64,000 bases of DNA from Balanoglossus misakiensis (taxonomy: Eukaryota > Animalia > Hemichordata), in contig CM082580.2 in assembly GCA_040954595.2 (NCBI GenBank), positions 14,088,389-14,152,388 of the forward strand. The letters run 5' to 3'. Below are positions 1 through 15,000 of this stretch, in pieces. Position numbers and translations under genes: made by a program. The notes beneath the pieces are model-generated. The model was not told the DNA's origin and did no database searches. It saw only the letters and a program-made list of their open reading frames with translations. The first letter of the stretch is position 1; each line of letters starts with the position of its first letter.

Positions 1-3000
1 TTCGCAAAGTCGAGAAATCTTCGATTTTTGACGATTTTCCTGAGCTATAACCCATGATTTTTTCAAAAAATGAGCAAATTTTGAAAATTCGCAAAGTCGA
101 GAAATCTTCGATTTTTGACGATTTTCCTGAGCTATAACCCATGATTTTTTCAAAAAATGAGCAAATTTTGAAAATTCGCAAACTCGAAAAATCTTCAATT
201 TTTGACGATTTTCCTGAGCTATAACCCATGATTTTTTCAAAAAATGAGCAAATTTTGAAAATTCGCAAAGTCGAAAAATCTTCGATTTTTGACGATTTTC
301 CTGAGCTATAACCCATGATTTTTACAAAAAATGAGCAAATATTGAAAATTCGCAAACTCGTAAAATCTTCGATTTTTGACGATTTTCCTGAGCTATAACC
401 CATGATTTTTACAAAAAATGAGCAAATATATAAAATTCGCAAACTCGAAAAATCTTCGATTTTTGACGATTTTCCTGAGCTATAACCCATGATTTTTACA
501 AAAAATGAGCAAATATATAAAATTCGCAAACTCGAAAAATCTTCGATTTTTGACGATTTTCCTGAGCTATAACCCATGATTTTTTCAAAAAATGAGCAAA
601 TATTGAAAATTCGCAAACTCGAAAAATCTTCGATTTTTGACGATTTTCCTGAGCTATAACCCATGATTTTTTCAAAAAATGAGCAAATATTGAAAATTCG
701 CAAACTCGAAAAATCTTCGATTTTTGACGATTTTCCTGAGCTATAACCCATGATTTTTTCAAAAAATGAGCAAATATTGAAAATTCGCAAACTCGAAAAA
801 TCTTCGATTTTTGACGATTTTCCTGAGCTATAACCCATGATTTTTTCAAAAAATGAGCAAATTTTGAAAATTCGCAAACTCGAAAAATCTTCGATTTTTG
901 ACGATTTTCCTGAGCTATAACCCATGATTTTTTCAAAAAATGAGCAAATTTTGAAAATTCGCAAACTCGAAAAATCTTCGATTTTTGACGATTTTCCTGA
1001 GCTATAACCCATGATTTTTTCAAAAAATGAGCAAATTTTGAAAATTCGCAAACTCGAAAAATCTTCGATTTTTGACGATTTTCCTGAGCTATAACCCATG
1101 ATTTTTTCAAAAAATGAGCAAATTTTGAAAATTCGCAAACTCGAAAAATCTTCGATTTTTGACGATTTTCCTGAGCTATAACCCATGATTTTTACAAAAA
1201 ATGAGCAAATATTGAAAATTCGCAAACTCGAAAAATCTTCGATTTTTGACGATTTTCCTGAGCTATAACCCATGATTTTTTCAAAAATGAGCAAATATTG
1301 AAAATTCGTAAACTCGAAAAATCTTCGATTTTTGACGATTTTCCTGAGCTATAACCCATGATTTTTTCAAAAAATGAGCAAATATTGAAAATTCGCAAAC
1401 TCGAAAAATCTTCGATTTTTGACGATTTTCCTGAGCTATAACCCATGATTTTTTCAAAAAATGAGCAAATATTGAAAATTCGCAAACTCGAAAAATCTTC
1501 GATTTTTGACGATTTTCCTGAGCTATAACCCATGATTTTTTCAAAAAATGAGCAAATTTTGAAAATTCGCAAAGTCGAAAAATCTTCGATTTTTGACGAT
1601 TTTCCTGAGCTATAACCCATGATTTTTTCAAAAAATGAGCAAATTTTGAAAATTCGCAAAGTCGAAAAATCTTCGATTTTTGACGATTTTCCTGAGCTAT
1701 AACCCATGATTTTTTCAAAAAATGAGCAAATTTTGAAATTCGCAAAGTCGAAAAATCTTCGATTTTTGACGATTTTCCTGAGCTATAACCCATGATTTTT
1801 TCAAAAATGAGCAAATTTTGAAAATTCGCAAAGTCGAAAAATCTTCGATTTTTGACGATTTTCCTGAGCTATAACCCATGATTTTTTCAAAAAATGAGCA
1901 AATTTTGAAAATTCGCAAAGTCGAAAAATCTTCGATTTTTGACGATTTTCCTGAGCTATAACCCATGATTTTTTCAAAAAATGAGCAAATTTTGAAAATT
2001 CGCAAAGTCGAAAAATCTTCGATTTTTGACGATTTTCCTGAGCTATAACCCATGATTTTTTCAAAAAATGAGCAAATTTTGAAAATTCGCAAAGTCGAAA
2101 AATCTTCGATTTTTGACGATTTTCCTGAGCTATAACCCATGATTTTTACAAAAAATGAGCAAATATTGAAAATTCGCAAACTCGAAAAATCTTCGATTTT
2201 TGACGATTTTCCTGAGCTATAACCCATGATTTTTTCAAAAAATGAGCAAATATTGAAAATTCGCAAACTCGAAAAATCTTCGATTTTTGACGATTTTCCT
2301 GAGCTATAACCCATGATTTTTTCAAAAAATGAGCAAATTTTGAAAATTCGCAAAGTCGAAAAATCTTCGATTTTTGACGATTTTCCTGAGCTATAACCCA
2401 TGATTTTTTCAAAAAATGAGCAAATTTTGAAAATTCGCAAAGTCGAAAAATCTTCGATTTTTGACGATTTTCCTGAGCTATAACCCATGATTTTTTCAAA
2501 AAATGAGCAAATTTTGAAAATTCGCAAAGTCGAAAAATCTTCGATTTTTGACGATTTTCCTGAGCTATAACCCATGATTTTTTCAAAAAATGAGCAAATT
2601 TTGAAAATTCGCAAAGTCGAAAAATCTTCGATTTTTGACGATTTTCCTGAGCTATAACCCCTGATTTTTTCAAAAAATGAGCAAATTTTGAAAATTCGCA
2701 AAGTCGAAAAATCTTCGATTTTTGACGATTTTCCTGAGCTATAACCCATGATTTTTACAAAAAATGAGCAAATATTGAAAATTCGCAAACTCGAAAAATC
2801 TTCGATTTTTGACGATTTTCCTGAGCTATAACCCATGATTTTTTCAAAAAATGAGCAAATATTGAAAATTCGCAAACTCGAAAAATCTTCGATTTTTGAC
2901 GATTTTCCTGAGCTATAACCCATGATTTTTTCAAAAAATGAGCAAATTTTGAAAATTCGCAAAGTCGAAAAATCTTCGATTTTTGACGATTTTCCTGAGC

Positions 3001-6000
3001 TATAACCCATGATTTTTTCAAAAAATGAGCAAATTTTGAAAATTCGCAAAGTCGAAAAATCTTCGATTTTTGACGATTTTCCTGAGCTATAACCCATGAT
3101 TTTTTCAAAAAATGAGCAAATTTTGAAAATTCGCAAAGTCGAAAAATCTTCGATTTTTGACGATTTTCCAGAGCTATAACCCATGATTTTTTCAAAAAAT
3201 GAGCAAATTTTGAAAATTCGCAAAGTCGAAAAATCTTCGAATTTTGACGATTTTCCTGAGCTATAACCCATGATTTTTTCAAAAAATGAGCAAATTTTGA
3301 AAATTCGCAAAGTCGAAAAATCTTCGATTTTTGACGATTTTCCTGAGCTATAACCCATGATTTTTTCAAAAAATGAGCAAATTTTGAAAATTCGCAAAGT
3401 CGAAAAATCTTCGATTTTTGACGATTTTCCTGAGCTATAACCCATGATTTTTTCAAAAAATGAGCAAATTTTGAAAATTCGCAAAGTCGAAAAATCTTCG
3501 ATTTTTGACGATTTTCCTGAGCTATAACCCATGATTTTTTCAAAAAATGAGCAAATTTTGAAAATTCGCAAAGTCGAAAAATCTTCGATTTTTGACGATT
3601 TTCCTGAGCTATAACCCATGATTTTTTCAAAAAATGAGCAAATTTTGAAAATTCGCAAAGTCGAAAAATCTTCGATTTTTGACGATTTTCCTGAGCTATA
3701 ACCCATGATTTTTTCAAAAAATGAGCAAATTTTGAAAAATTCGCAAAGTCGAAAAATCTTCGATTTTTGACGATTTTCCTGAGCTATAACCCATGATTTT
3801 TTCAAAAAATGAGCAAATTTTGAAAATTCGCAAAGTCGAAAAATCTTCGATTTTTGACGATTTTCCTGAGCTATAACCCATGATTTTTTCAAAAAATGAG
3901 CAAATTTTGAAAATTCGCAAAGTCGAAAAATCTTCGATTTTTGACGATTTTCCTGAGCTATAACCCATGATTTTTCAAAAAATGAGCAAATTTTGAAAAT
4001 TCGCAAAGTCGAAAAATCTTCGATTTTTGACGATTTTCCTGAGCTATAACCCATGATTTTTTCAAAAAATGAGCAAATTTTGAAAATTCGCAAACTCGAA
4101 AAATCTTCGATTTTTGACGATTTTCCTGAGCTATAACCCATGATTTTTACAAAAAATGAGCAAATATTGAAAATTCGCAAACTCGAAAAATCTTCGATTT
4201 TTGACGATTTTCCTGAGCTATAACCCATGATTTTTTCAAAAAATGAGCAAATATTGAAAATTCGCAAACTCGAAAAATCTTCGATTTTTGACGATTTTCC
4301 TGAGCTATATAGACACATGATTTTTTCAAAAAATGAGCAAATTTTGAAAATTCGCAAAGTCGAAAAATCTTCGATTTTTGACGATTTTCCTGAGCTATAA
4401 CCCATGATTTTTTCAAAAAATGAGCAAATTTTGAAAATTCGCAAAGTCGAAAAATCTTCGATTTTTGACGATTTTCCTGAGCTATAACCCATGATTTTTT
4501 CAAAAAATGAGCAAATTTTGAAAATTCGCAAAGTCGAAAAATCTTCGATTTTTGACGATTTTCCTGAGCTATAACCCATGATTTTTTCAAAAAATGAGCA
4601 AATTTTGAAAATTCGCAAAGTCGAAAAATCTTCGATTTTTGACGATTTTCCTGAGCTATAACCCATGATTTTTACAAAAAATGAGCAAATATTGAAAATT
4701 CGCAAACTCGAAAAATCTTCGATTTTTGACGATTTTCCTGAGCTATAACCCATGATTTTTTCAAAAAATGAGCAAATATTGAAAATTCGCAAACTCGAAA
4801 AATCTTCGATTTTTGACGATTTTCCTGAGCTATATAGACACATGATTTTTTCAAAAAATGAGCAAATTTTGAAAATTCGCAAAGTCGAAAAATCTTCGAT
4901 TTTTGACGATTTTCCTGAGCTATAACCCATGATTTTTTCAAAAAATGAGCAAATTTTGAAAATTCGCAAAGTCGAAAAATCTTCGATTTTTGACGATTTT
5001 CCTGAGCTATAACCCATGATTTTTTCAAAAAATGAGCAAATTTTGAAAATTCGCAAAGTCGAAAAATCTTCGATTTTTGACGATTTTCCTGAGCTATAAC
5101 CCATGATTTTTTCAAAAAATGAGCAAATTTTGAAAATTCGCAAAGTCGAAAAATCTTCGATTTTTGACGATTTTCCTGAGCTATAACCCATGATTTTTTC
5201 AAAAAATGAGCAAATTTTGAAAATTCGCAAAGTCGAAAAATCTTCGATTTTTGACGATTTTCCTGAGCTATAACCCATGATTTTTTCAAAAAATGAGCAA
5301 ATTTTGAAAATTCGCAAAGTCGAAAAATCTTCGATTTTTGACGATTTTCCTGAGCTATAACCCATGATTTTTTCAAAAAATGAGCAAATTTTGAAAATTC
5401 GCAAAGTCGAAAAATCTTCGATTTTTGACGATTTTCCTGAGCTATAACCCATGATTTTTTCAAAAAATGAGCAAATTTTGAAAATTCGCAAAGTCGAAAA
5501 ATCTTCGATTTTTGACGATTTTCCTGAGCTATAACCCATGATTTTTTCAAAAAATGAGCAAATTTTGAAAATTCGCAAACTCGAAAAATCTTCGATTTTT
5601 GACGAGTTTCCTGAGCTATAACCCATGATTTTTACAAAAAATGAGCAAATTTTGAAAATTCGCAAACTCGAAAAATCTTCGATTTTTGACGAGTTTCCTG
5701 AGCTATAACCCATGATTTTTTCAAAAAATGAGCAAATATTGAAAATTCGCAAACTCGAAAAATCTTCGATTTTTGACGATTTTCCAGAGCTATAACCCAT
5801 GATTTTTTCAAAAAATGAGCAAATTTTGAAAATTCGCAAAGTCCAAGAATCTTCGATTTTTGACGATTTTCCTGAGCTATAACCCATGATTTTTTCAAAA
5901 AATGAGCAAATTTTGAAAATTCGCAAAGTCGAAAAATCTTCGATTTTTGACGATTTTCCTGAGCTATAACCCATGATTTTTTCAAAAAATGAGCAAATTT

Positions 6001-9000
6001 TGAAAATTCGCAAAGTCGAAAAATCTTCGATTTTTGACGATTTTCCTGAGCTATAACCCATGATTTTTTCAAAAAATGAGCAAATTTTGAAAATTCGCAA
6101 AGTCGAAAAATCTTCGATTTTTGACGATTTTCCTGAGCTATAACCCATGATTTTTTCAAAAAATGAGCAAATTTTGAAAATTCGCAAAGTCGAAAAATCT
6201 TCGATTTTTGACGATTTTCCTGAGCTATAACCCATGATTTTTTCAAAAAATGAGCAAATTTTGAAAATTCGCAAAGTCGAAAAATCTTCGATTTTTGACG
6301 ATTTTCCTGAGCTATAACCCATGATTTTTTCAAAAAATGAGCAAATTTTGAAAATTCGCAAAGTCGAAAAATCTTCGATTTTTGACGATTTTCCTGAGCT
6401 ATAACCCATGATTTTTTCAAAAAATGAGCAAATTTTGAAAATTCGCAAAGTCGAAAAATCTTCGATTTTTGACGATTTTCCTGAGCTATAACCCATGATT
6501 TTTTCAAAAAATGAGCAAATTTTGAAAATTCGCAAAGACGAAAAATCTTCGATTTTTGACGATTTTCCTGAGCTATAACCCATGATTTTTTCAAAAATGA
6601 GCAAATTTTGAAAATTCGCAAACTCGAAAAATCTTCGATTTTTGACGATTTTCCTGAGCTATAACCCATGATTTTTTCAAAAAATGAGCAAATTTTGAAA
6701 ATTCGCAAACTCGAAAAATCTTCGATTTTTGACGATTTTCCTGAGCTATAACCCATGATTTTTTCAAAAAATGAGCAAATTTTGAAAATTCGCAAACTCG
6801 AAAAATCTTCGATTTTTGACGATTTTCCTGAGCTATAACCCATGATTTTTTCAAAAAATGAGCAAATTTTGAAAATTCGCAAACTCGAAAAATCTTCGAT
6901 TTTTGACGATTTTCCTGAGCTATAACCCATGATTTTTTCAAAAAATGAGCAAATTTTGAAAATTCGCAAAGTCGAAAAATCTTCGATTTTTGACGATTTT
7001 CCTGAGCTATAACCCATGATTTTTTCAAAAAATGAGCAAATTTTGAAAATTCGCAAAGTCGAAAAATCTTCGATTTTTGACGATTTTCCTGAGCTATAAC
7101 CCATGATTTTTTCAAAAAATGAGCAAATTTTGAAAATTCGCAAAGTCGAAAAATCTTCGATTTTTGACGATTTTCCTGAGCTATAACCCATGATTTTTTC
7201 AAAAAATGAGCAAATTTTGAAAATTCGCAAAGTCGAAAAATCTTCGATTTTTGACGATTTTCCTGAGCTATAACCCATGATTTTTTCAAAAAATGAGCAA
7301 ATTTTGAAAATTCGCAAACTCGAAAAATCTTCGATTTTTGACGATTTTCCTGAGCTATAACCCATGATTTTTTCAAAAAATGAGCAAATTTTGAAAATTC
7401 GCAAACTCGAAAAATCTTCGATTTTTGACGATTTTCCTGAGCTATAACCCATGATTTTTTCAAAAAATGAGCAAATTTTGAAAATTCGCAAACTCGAAAA
7501 ATCTTCGATTTTTGACGATTTTCCTGAGCTATAACCCATGATTTTTTCAAAAATGAGCAAATTTGAAAATTCGCAAACTCGAAAAATCTTCGATTTTTGA
7601 CGATTTTCCTGAGCTATAACCCATGATTTTTTCAAAAAATGAGCAAATTTTGAAAATTCGCAAACTCGAAAAATCTTCGATTTTTGACGATTTTCCTGAG
7701 CTATAACCCATGATTTTTTCAAAAAATGAGCAAATTTTGAAAATTCGCAAAGTCGAAAAATCTTCGATTTTTGACGATTTTTCCTGAGCTATAACCCATG
7801 ATTTTTTCAAAAAATGAGCAAATTTTGAAAATTCGCAAAGTCGTAAAATCTTCGATTTTTGACGATTTTCCTGAGCTATAACCCATGATTTTTTCAAAAA
7901 ATGAGCAAATTTTGAAAATTCGCAAAGTCGAAAAATCTTCGATTTTTGACGATTTTCCTGAGCTATAACCCATGATTTTTTCAAAAAATGAGCAAATTTT
8001 GAAAATTCGCAAAGTCGTAAAATCTTCGATTTTTGACGATTTTCCTGAGCTATAACCCATGATTTTTTCAAAAAATGAGCAAATTTTGAAAATTCGCAAA
8101 CTCGAAAAATCTTCGATTTTTGACGATTTTCCTGAGCTATAACCCATGATTTTTTCAAAAAATGAGCAAATTTTGAAAATTCGCAAACTCGAAAAATCTT
8201 CGATTTTTGACGATTTTCCTGAGCTATAACCCATGATTTTTTCAAAAAATGAGCAAATTTTGAAAATTCGCAAAGTCGAAAAATCTTCGATTTTTGACGA
8301 TTTTCCTGAGCTATAACCCATGATTTTTTCAAAAAATGAGCAAATTTTGAAAATTCGCAAAGTCGAAAAATCTTCGATTTTTGACGATTTTCCTGAGCTA
8401 TAACCCATGATTTTTTCAAAAAATGAGCAAATTTTGAAAATTCGCAAAGTCGAAAAATCTTCGATTTTTGACGATTTTCCTGAGCTATAACCCATGATTT
8501 TTTCAAAAAATGAGCAAATTTTGAAAATTCGCAAACTCGAAAAATCTTCGATTTTTGACGATTTTCCTGAGCTATAACCCATGATTTTTTCAAAAAATGA
8601 GCAAATTTTGAAAATTCGCAAACTCGAAAAATCTTCGATTTTTGACGATTTTCCTGAGCTATAACCCATGATTTTTTCAAAAGATGAGCAAATTTTGAAA
8701 ATTCGCAAACTCGAAAAATCTTCGATTTTTGACGATTTTCCTGAGCTATAACCCATGATTTTTTCAAAAGATGAGCAAATATTGAAAATTCGCAAACTCG
8801 AAAAATCTTCGATTTTTGACGATTTTCCTGAGCTATAACCCATGATTTTTTCAAAAGATGAGCAAATATTGAAAATTCGCAAACTCGAAAAATCTTCGAT
8901 TTTTGACGATTTTCCTGAGCTATAACCCATGATTTTTTCAAAAGATGAGCAAATATTGAAAATTCGCAAACTCGAAAAATCTTCGATTTTTGACGATTTT

Positions 9001-12000
9001 CCTGAGCTATAACCCATGATTTTTTCAAAAGATGAGCAAATATTGAAAATTCGCAAACTCGAAAAATCTTCGATTTTTGACGATTTTCCTGAGCTATAAC
9101 CCATGATTTTTTCAAAAAATGAGCAAATTTTGAAAATTCGCAAACTCGAAAAATCTTCGATTTTTGACGATTTTCCTGAGCTATAACCCATGATTTTTTC
9201 AAAAAATGAGCAAATTTTGAAAATTCGCAAACTCGAAAAATCTTCGATTTTTGACGATTTTCCTGAGCTATAACCCATGATTTTTTCAAAAAATGAGCAA
9301 ATTTTGAAAATTCGCAAACTCGAAAAATCTTCGATTTTTGACGATTTTCCTGAGCTATAACCCATGATTTTTTCAAAAAATGAGCAAATATTGAAAATTC
9401 GCAAACTCGAAAAATCTTCGATTTTTGACGATTTTCCTGAGCTATAACCCATGATTTTTTCAAAAAATGAGCAAATTTTGAAAATTCGCAAACTCGAAAA
9501 ATCTTCGATTTTTGACGATTTTCCTGAGCTATAACCCATGATTTTTTCAAAAAATGAGCAAATTTTGAAAATTCGCAAACTCGAAAAATCTTCGATTTTT
9601 GACGATTTTCCTGAGCTATAACCCATGATTTTTTCAAAAAATGAGCAAATATTGAAAATTCGCAAACTCGAAAAATCTTCGATTTTTGACGATTTTCCTG
9701 AGCTATAACCCATGATTTTTTCAAAAAATGAGCAAATTTTGAAAATTCGCAAAGTCGAAAAATCTTCGATTTTTGACGATTTTCCTGAGCTATAACCCAT
9801 GATTTTTTCAAAAAATGAGCAAATTTTGAAAATTCGCAAACTCGAAAAATCTTCGATTTTTGACGATTTTCCTGAGCTATAACCCATGATTTTTTCAAAA
9901 AATGAGCAAATTTTGAAAATTCGCAAAGTCGAAAAATCTTCGATTTTTGACGATTTTCCTGAGCTATAACCCATGATTTTTTCAAAAAATGAGCAAATTT
10001 TGAAAATTCGCAAAGTCGAAAAATCTTCGATTTTTGACGATTTTCCTGAGCTATAACCCATGATTTTTTCAAAAAATGAGCAAATTTTGAAAATTCGCAA
10101 AGTCGAAAAATCTTCGATTTTTGACGATTTTCCTGAGCTATAACCCATGATTTTTTCAAAAAATGAGCAAATTTTGAAAATTCGCAAAGTCGAAAAATCT
10201 TCGATTTTTGACGATTTTCCTGAGCTATAACCCATGATTTTTTCAAAAAATGAGCAAATTTTGAAAATTCGCAAACTCGAAAAATCTTCGATTTTTGACG
10301 ATTTTCCTGAGCTATAACCCATGATTTTTTCAAAAAATGAGCAAATTTTGAAAATTCGCAAACTCGAAAAATCTTCGATTTTTGACGATTTTCCTGAGCT
10401 ATAACCCATGATTTTTTCAAAAAATGAGCAAATTTTGAAAATTCGCAAACTCGAAAAATCTTCGATTTTTGACGATTTTCCTGAGCTATAACCCATGATT
10501 TTTTCAAAAAATGAGCAAATTTTGAAAATTCGCAAAGTCGTAAAATCTTCGATTTTTGACGATTTTCCTGAGCTATAACCCATGATTTTTTCAAAAAATG
10601 AGCAAATTTTGAAAATTCGCAAAGTCGAAAAATCTTCGATTTTTGACGATTTTCCTGAGCTATAACCCATGATTTTTTCAAAAAATGAGCAAATTTTGAA
10701 AATTCGCAAACTCGAAAAATCTTCGATTTTTGACGATTTTCCTGAGCTATAACCCATGATTTTTCAAAAAATGAGCAAATTTTGAAAATTCGCAAACTCG
10801 AAAAATCTTCGATTTTTGACGATTTTCCTGAGCTATAACCCATGATTTTTTCAAAAGATGAGCAAATTTTGAAAATTCGCAAACTCGAAAAATCTTCGAT
10901 TTTTGACGATTTTCCTGAGCTATAACCCATGATTTTTTCAAAAGATGAGCAAATATTGAAAATTCGCAAACTCGAAAAATCTTCGATTTTTGACGATTTT
11001 CCTGAGCTATAACCCATGATTTTTTCAAAAGATGAGCAAATATTGAAAATTCGCAAACTCGAAAAATCTTCGATTTTTGACGATTTTCCTGAGCTATAAC
11101 CCATGATTTTTTCAAAAGATGAGCAAATATTGAAAATTCGCAAACTCGAAAAATCTTCGATTTTTGACGATTTTCCTGAGCTATAACCCATGATTTTTTC
11201 AAAAGATGAGCAAATATTGAAAATTCGCAAACTCGAAAAATCTTCGATTTTTGACGATTTTCCTGAGCTATAACCCATGATTTTTTCAAAAAATGAGCAA
11301 ATTTTGAAAATTCGCAAACTCGAAAAATCTTCGATTTTTGACGATTTTCCTGAGCTATAACCCATGATTTTTTCAAAAAATGAGCAAATTTTGAAAATTC
11401 GCAAACTCGAAAAATCTTCGATTTTTGACGATTTTCCTGAGCTATAACCCATGATTTTTTCAAAAAATGAGCAAATATTGAAAATTCGCAAACTCGAAAA
11501 ATCTTCGATTTTTGACGATTTTCCTGAGCTATAACCCATGATTTTTTCAAAAAATGAGCAAATTTTGAAAATTCGCAAAGTCGAAAAATCTTCGATTTTT
11601 GACGATTTTCCTGAGCTATAACCCATGATTTTTTCAAAAAATGAGCAAATTTTGAAAATTCGCAAACTCGAAAAATCTTCGATTTTTGACGATTTTCCTG
11701 AGCTATAACCCATGATTTTTTCAAAAAATGAGCAAATTTTGAAAATTCGCAAAGTCGAAAAATCTTCGATTTTTGACGATTTTCCTGAGCTATAACCCAT
11801 GATTTTTTCAAAAAATGAGCAAATTTTGAAAATTCGCAAAGTCGAAAAATCTTCGATTTTTGACGATTTTCCTGAGCTATAACCCATGATTTTTTCAAAA
11901 AATGAGCAAATTTTGAAAATTCGCAAAGTCGAAAAATCTTCGATTTTTGACGATTTTCCTGAGCTATAACCCATGATTTTTTCAAAAAATGAGCAAATTT

Positions 12001-15000
12001 TGAAAATTCGCAAAGTCGAAAAATCTTCGATTTTTGACGATTTTCCTGAGCTATAACCCATGATTTTTTCAAAAAATGAGCAAATTTTGAAAATTCGCAA
12101 ACTCGAAAAATCTTCGATTTTTGACGATTTTCCTGAGCTATAACCCATGATTTTTTCAAAAAATGAGCAAATTTTGAAAATTCGCAAACTCGAAAAATCT
12201 TCGATTTTTGACGATTTTCCTGAGCTATAACCCATGATTTTTTCAAAAAATGAGCAAATTTTGAAAATTCGCAAACTCGAAAAATCTTCGATTTTTGACG
12301 ATTTTCCTGAGCTATAACCCATGATTTTTTCAAAAAATGAGCAAATTTTGAAAATTCGCAAAGTCGTAAAATCTTCGATTTTTGACGATTTTCCTGAGCT
12401 ATAACCCATGATTTTTTCAAAAAATGAGCAAATTTTGAAAATTCGCAAAGTCGAAAAATCTTCGATTTTTGACGATTTTCCTGAGCTATAACCCATGATT
12501 TTTTCAAAAAATGAGCAAATTTTGAAAATTCGCAAACTCGAAAAATCTTCGATTTTTGACGATTTTCCTGAGCTATAACCCATGATTTTTTCAAAAAATG
12601 AGCAAATTTTGAAAATTCGCAAAGTCGTAAAATCTTCGATTTTTGACGATTTTCCTGAGCTATAACCCATGATTTTTTCAAAAAATGAGCAAATTTTGAA
12701 AATTCGCAAAGTCGAAAAATCTTCGATTTTTGACGATTTTCCTGAGCTATAACCCATGATTTTTTCAAAAAATGAGCAAATTTTGAAAATTCGCAAACTC
12801 GAAAAATCTTCGATTTTTGACGATTTTCCTGAGCTATAACCCATGATTTTTTCAAAAAATGAGCAAATTTTGAAAATTCGCAAAGTCGAAAAATCTTCGA
12901 TTTTTGACGATTTTCCTGAGCTATAACCCATGATTTTTTCAAAAAATGAGCAAATTTTTAAAATTCGCAAACTCGAAAAATCTTCGATTTTTGACGATTT
13001 TCCTGAGCTATAACCCATGATTTTTTCAAAAAATGAGCAAATTTTTAAAATTCGCAAACTCGAAAAATCTTCGATTTTTGACGATTTTCCTGAGCTATAA
13101 CCCATGATTTTTTCAAAAAATGACCAAATTTAGAAAATTCGCAAACTCGAAAAATCTTCGATTTTTGACGATTTTCCTGAGCTATAACCCATGATTTTTT
13201 CAAAAAATGAGCAAATTTTGAAAATTCGCAAACTCGAAAAATCTTCGATTTTTGACGATTTTCCTGAGCTATAACCCATGATTTTTTCAAAAAATGAGCA
13301 AATTTTAAAAATTCGCAAACTCGAAAAATCTTCGATTTTTGACGATTTTCCTGAGCTATAACCCATGATTTTTTCAAAAAATGAGCAAATTTTGAAAATT
13401 CGCAAACTCGAAAAATCTTCGATTTTTGACGATTTTCCTGAGCTATAACCCATGATTTTTTCAAAAAATGAGCAAATTTTGAAAATTCGCAAACTCGAAA
13501 AATCTTCGATTTTTGACGATTTTCCTGAGCTATAACCCATGATTTTTTCAAAAAATGAGCAAATATTGAAAATTCGCAAACTCGAAAAATCTTCGATTTT
13601 TGACGATTTTCCTGAGCTATAACCCATGATTTTTTCAAAAAATGAGCAAATATTGAAAATTCGCAAACTCGAAAAATCTTCGATTTTTGACGATTTTCCT
13701 GAGCTATAACCCATGATTTTTTCAAAAAATGAGCAAATATTGAAAATTCGCAAACTCGAAAAATCTTCGATTTTTGACGATTTTCCTGAGCTATAACCCA
13801 TGATTTTTTCAAAAAATGAGCAAATATTGAAAATTCGCAAACTCGAAAAATCTTCGATTTTTGACGATTTTCCTGAGCTATAACCCATGATTTTTTCAAA
13901 AAATGAGCAAATTTTGAAAATTCGCAAACTCGAAAAATCTTCGATTTTTGACGATTTTCCTGAGCTATAACCCATGATTTTTTCAAAAAATGAGCAAATT
14001 TTGAAAATTCGCAAACTCGAAAAATCTTCGATTTTTGACGATTTTCCTGAGCTATAACCCATGATTTTTTCAAAAAATGAGCAAATTTTGAAAATTCGCA
14101 AACTCGAAAAATCTTCGAATTTTGACGATTTTCCTGAGCTATAACCCATGATTTTTTCAAAAAATGAGCAAATATTGAAAATTCGCAAACTCGAAAAATC
14201 TTCGATTTTTGACGATTTTCCTGAGCTATAACCCATGATTTTTTCAAAAAATGAGCAAATATTGAAAATTCGCAAACTCGAAAAATCTTCGATTTTTGAC
14301 GATTTTCCTGAGCTATAACCCATGATTTTTTCAAAAAATGAGCAAATTTTGAAAATTCGCAAACTCGAAAAATCTTCGATTTTTGACGATTTTCCTGAGC
14401 TATAACCCATGATTTTTTCAAAAAATGAGCAAATTTTGAAAATTCGCAAACTCGAAAAATCTTCGATTTTTGACGATTTTCCTGAGCTATAACCCATGAT
14501 TTTTTCAAAAAATGAGCAAATTTTGAAAATTCGCAAAGTCGAAAAATCTTCGATTTTTGACGATTTTCCTGAGCTATAACCCATGATTTTTTCAAAAAAT
14601 GAGCAAATTTTGAAAATTCGCAAAGTCGAAAAATCTTCGATTTTTGACGATTTTCCTGAGCTATAACCCATGATTTTTTCAAAAAATGAGCAAATTTTGA
14701 AAATTCGCAAAGTCGAAAAATCTTCGATTTTTGACGATTTTCCTGAGCTATAACCCATGATTTTTTCAAAAAATGAGCAAATTTTGAAAATTCGCAAACT
14801 CGAAAAATCTTCGATTTTTGACGATTTTCCTGAGCTATAACCCATGATTTTTTCAAAAAATGAGCAAATTTTGAAAATTCGCAAACTCGAAAAATCTTCG
14901 ATTTTTGACGATTTTCCTGAGCTATAACCCATGATTTTTTCAAAAAATGAGCAAATTTTTAAAATTCGCAAACTCGAAAAATCTTCGATTTTTGACGATT

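Noticed and set aside
1280-10770. Isolated +/-1 changes in A/T runs (e.g. ~1285, 1737, 3737, 7560, 7781) as programmed frameshifts
   Set aside because: Singletons in homopolymers, consistent with slippage or long-read error.
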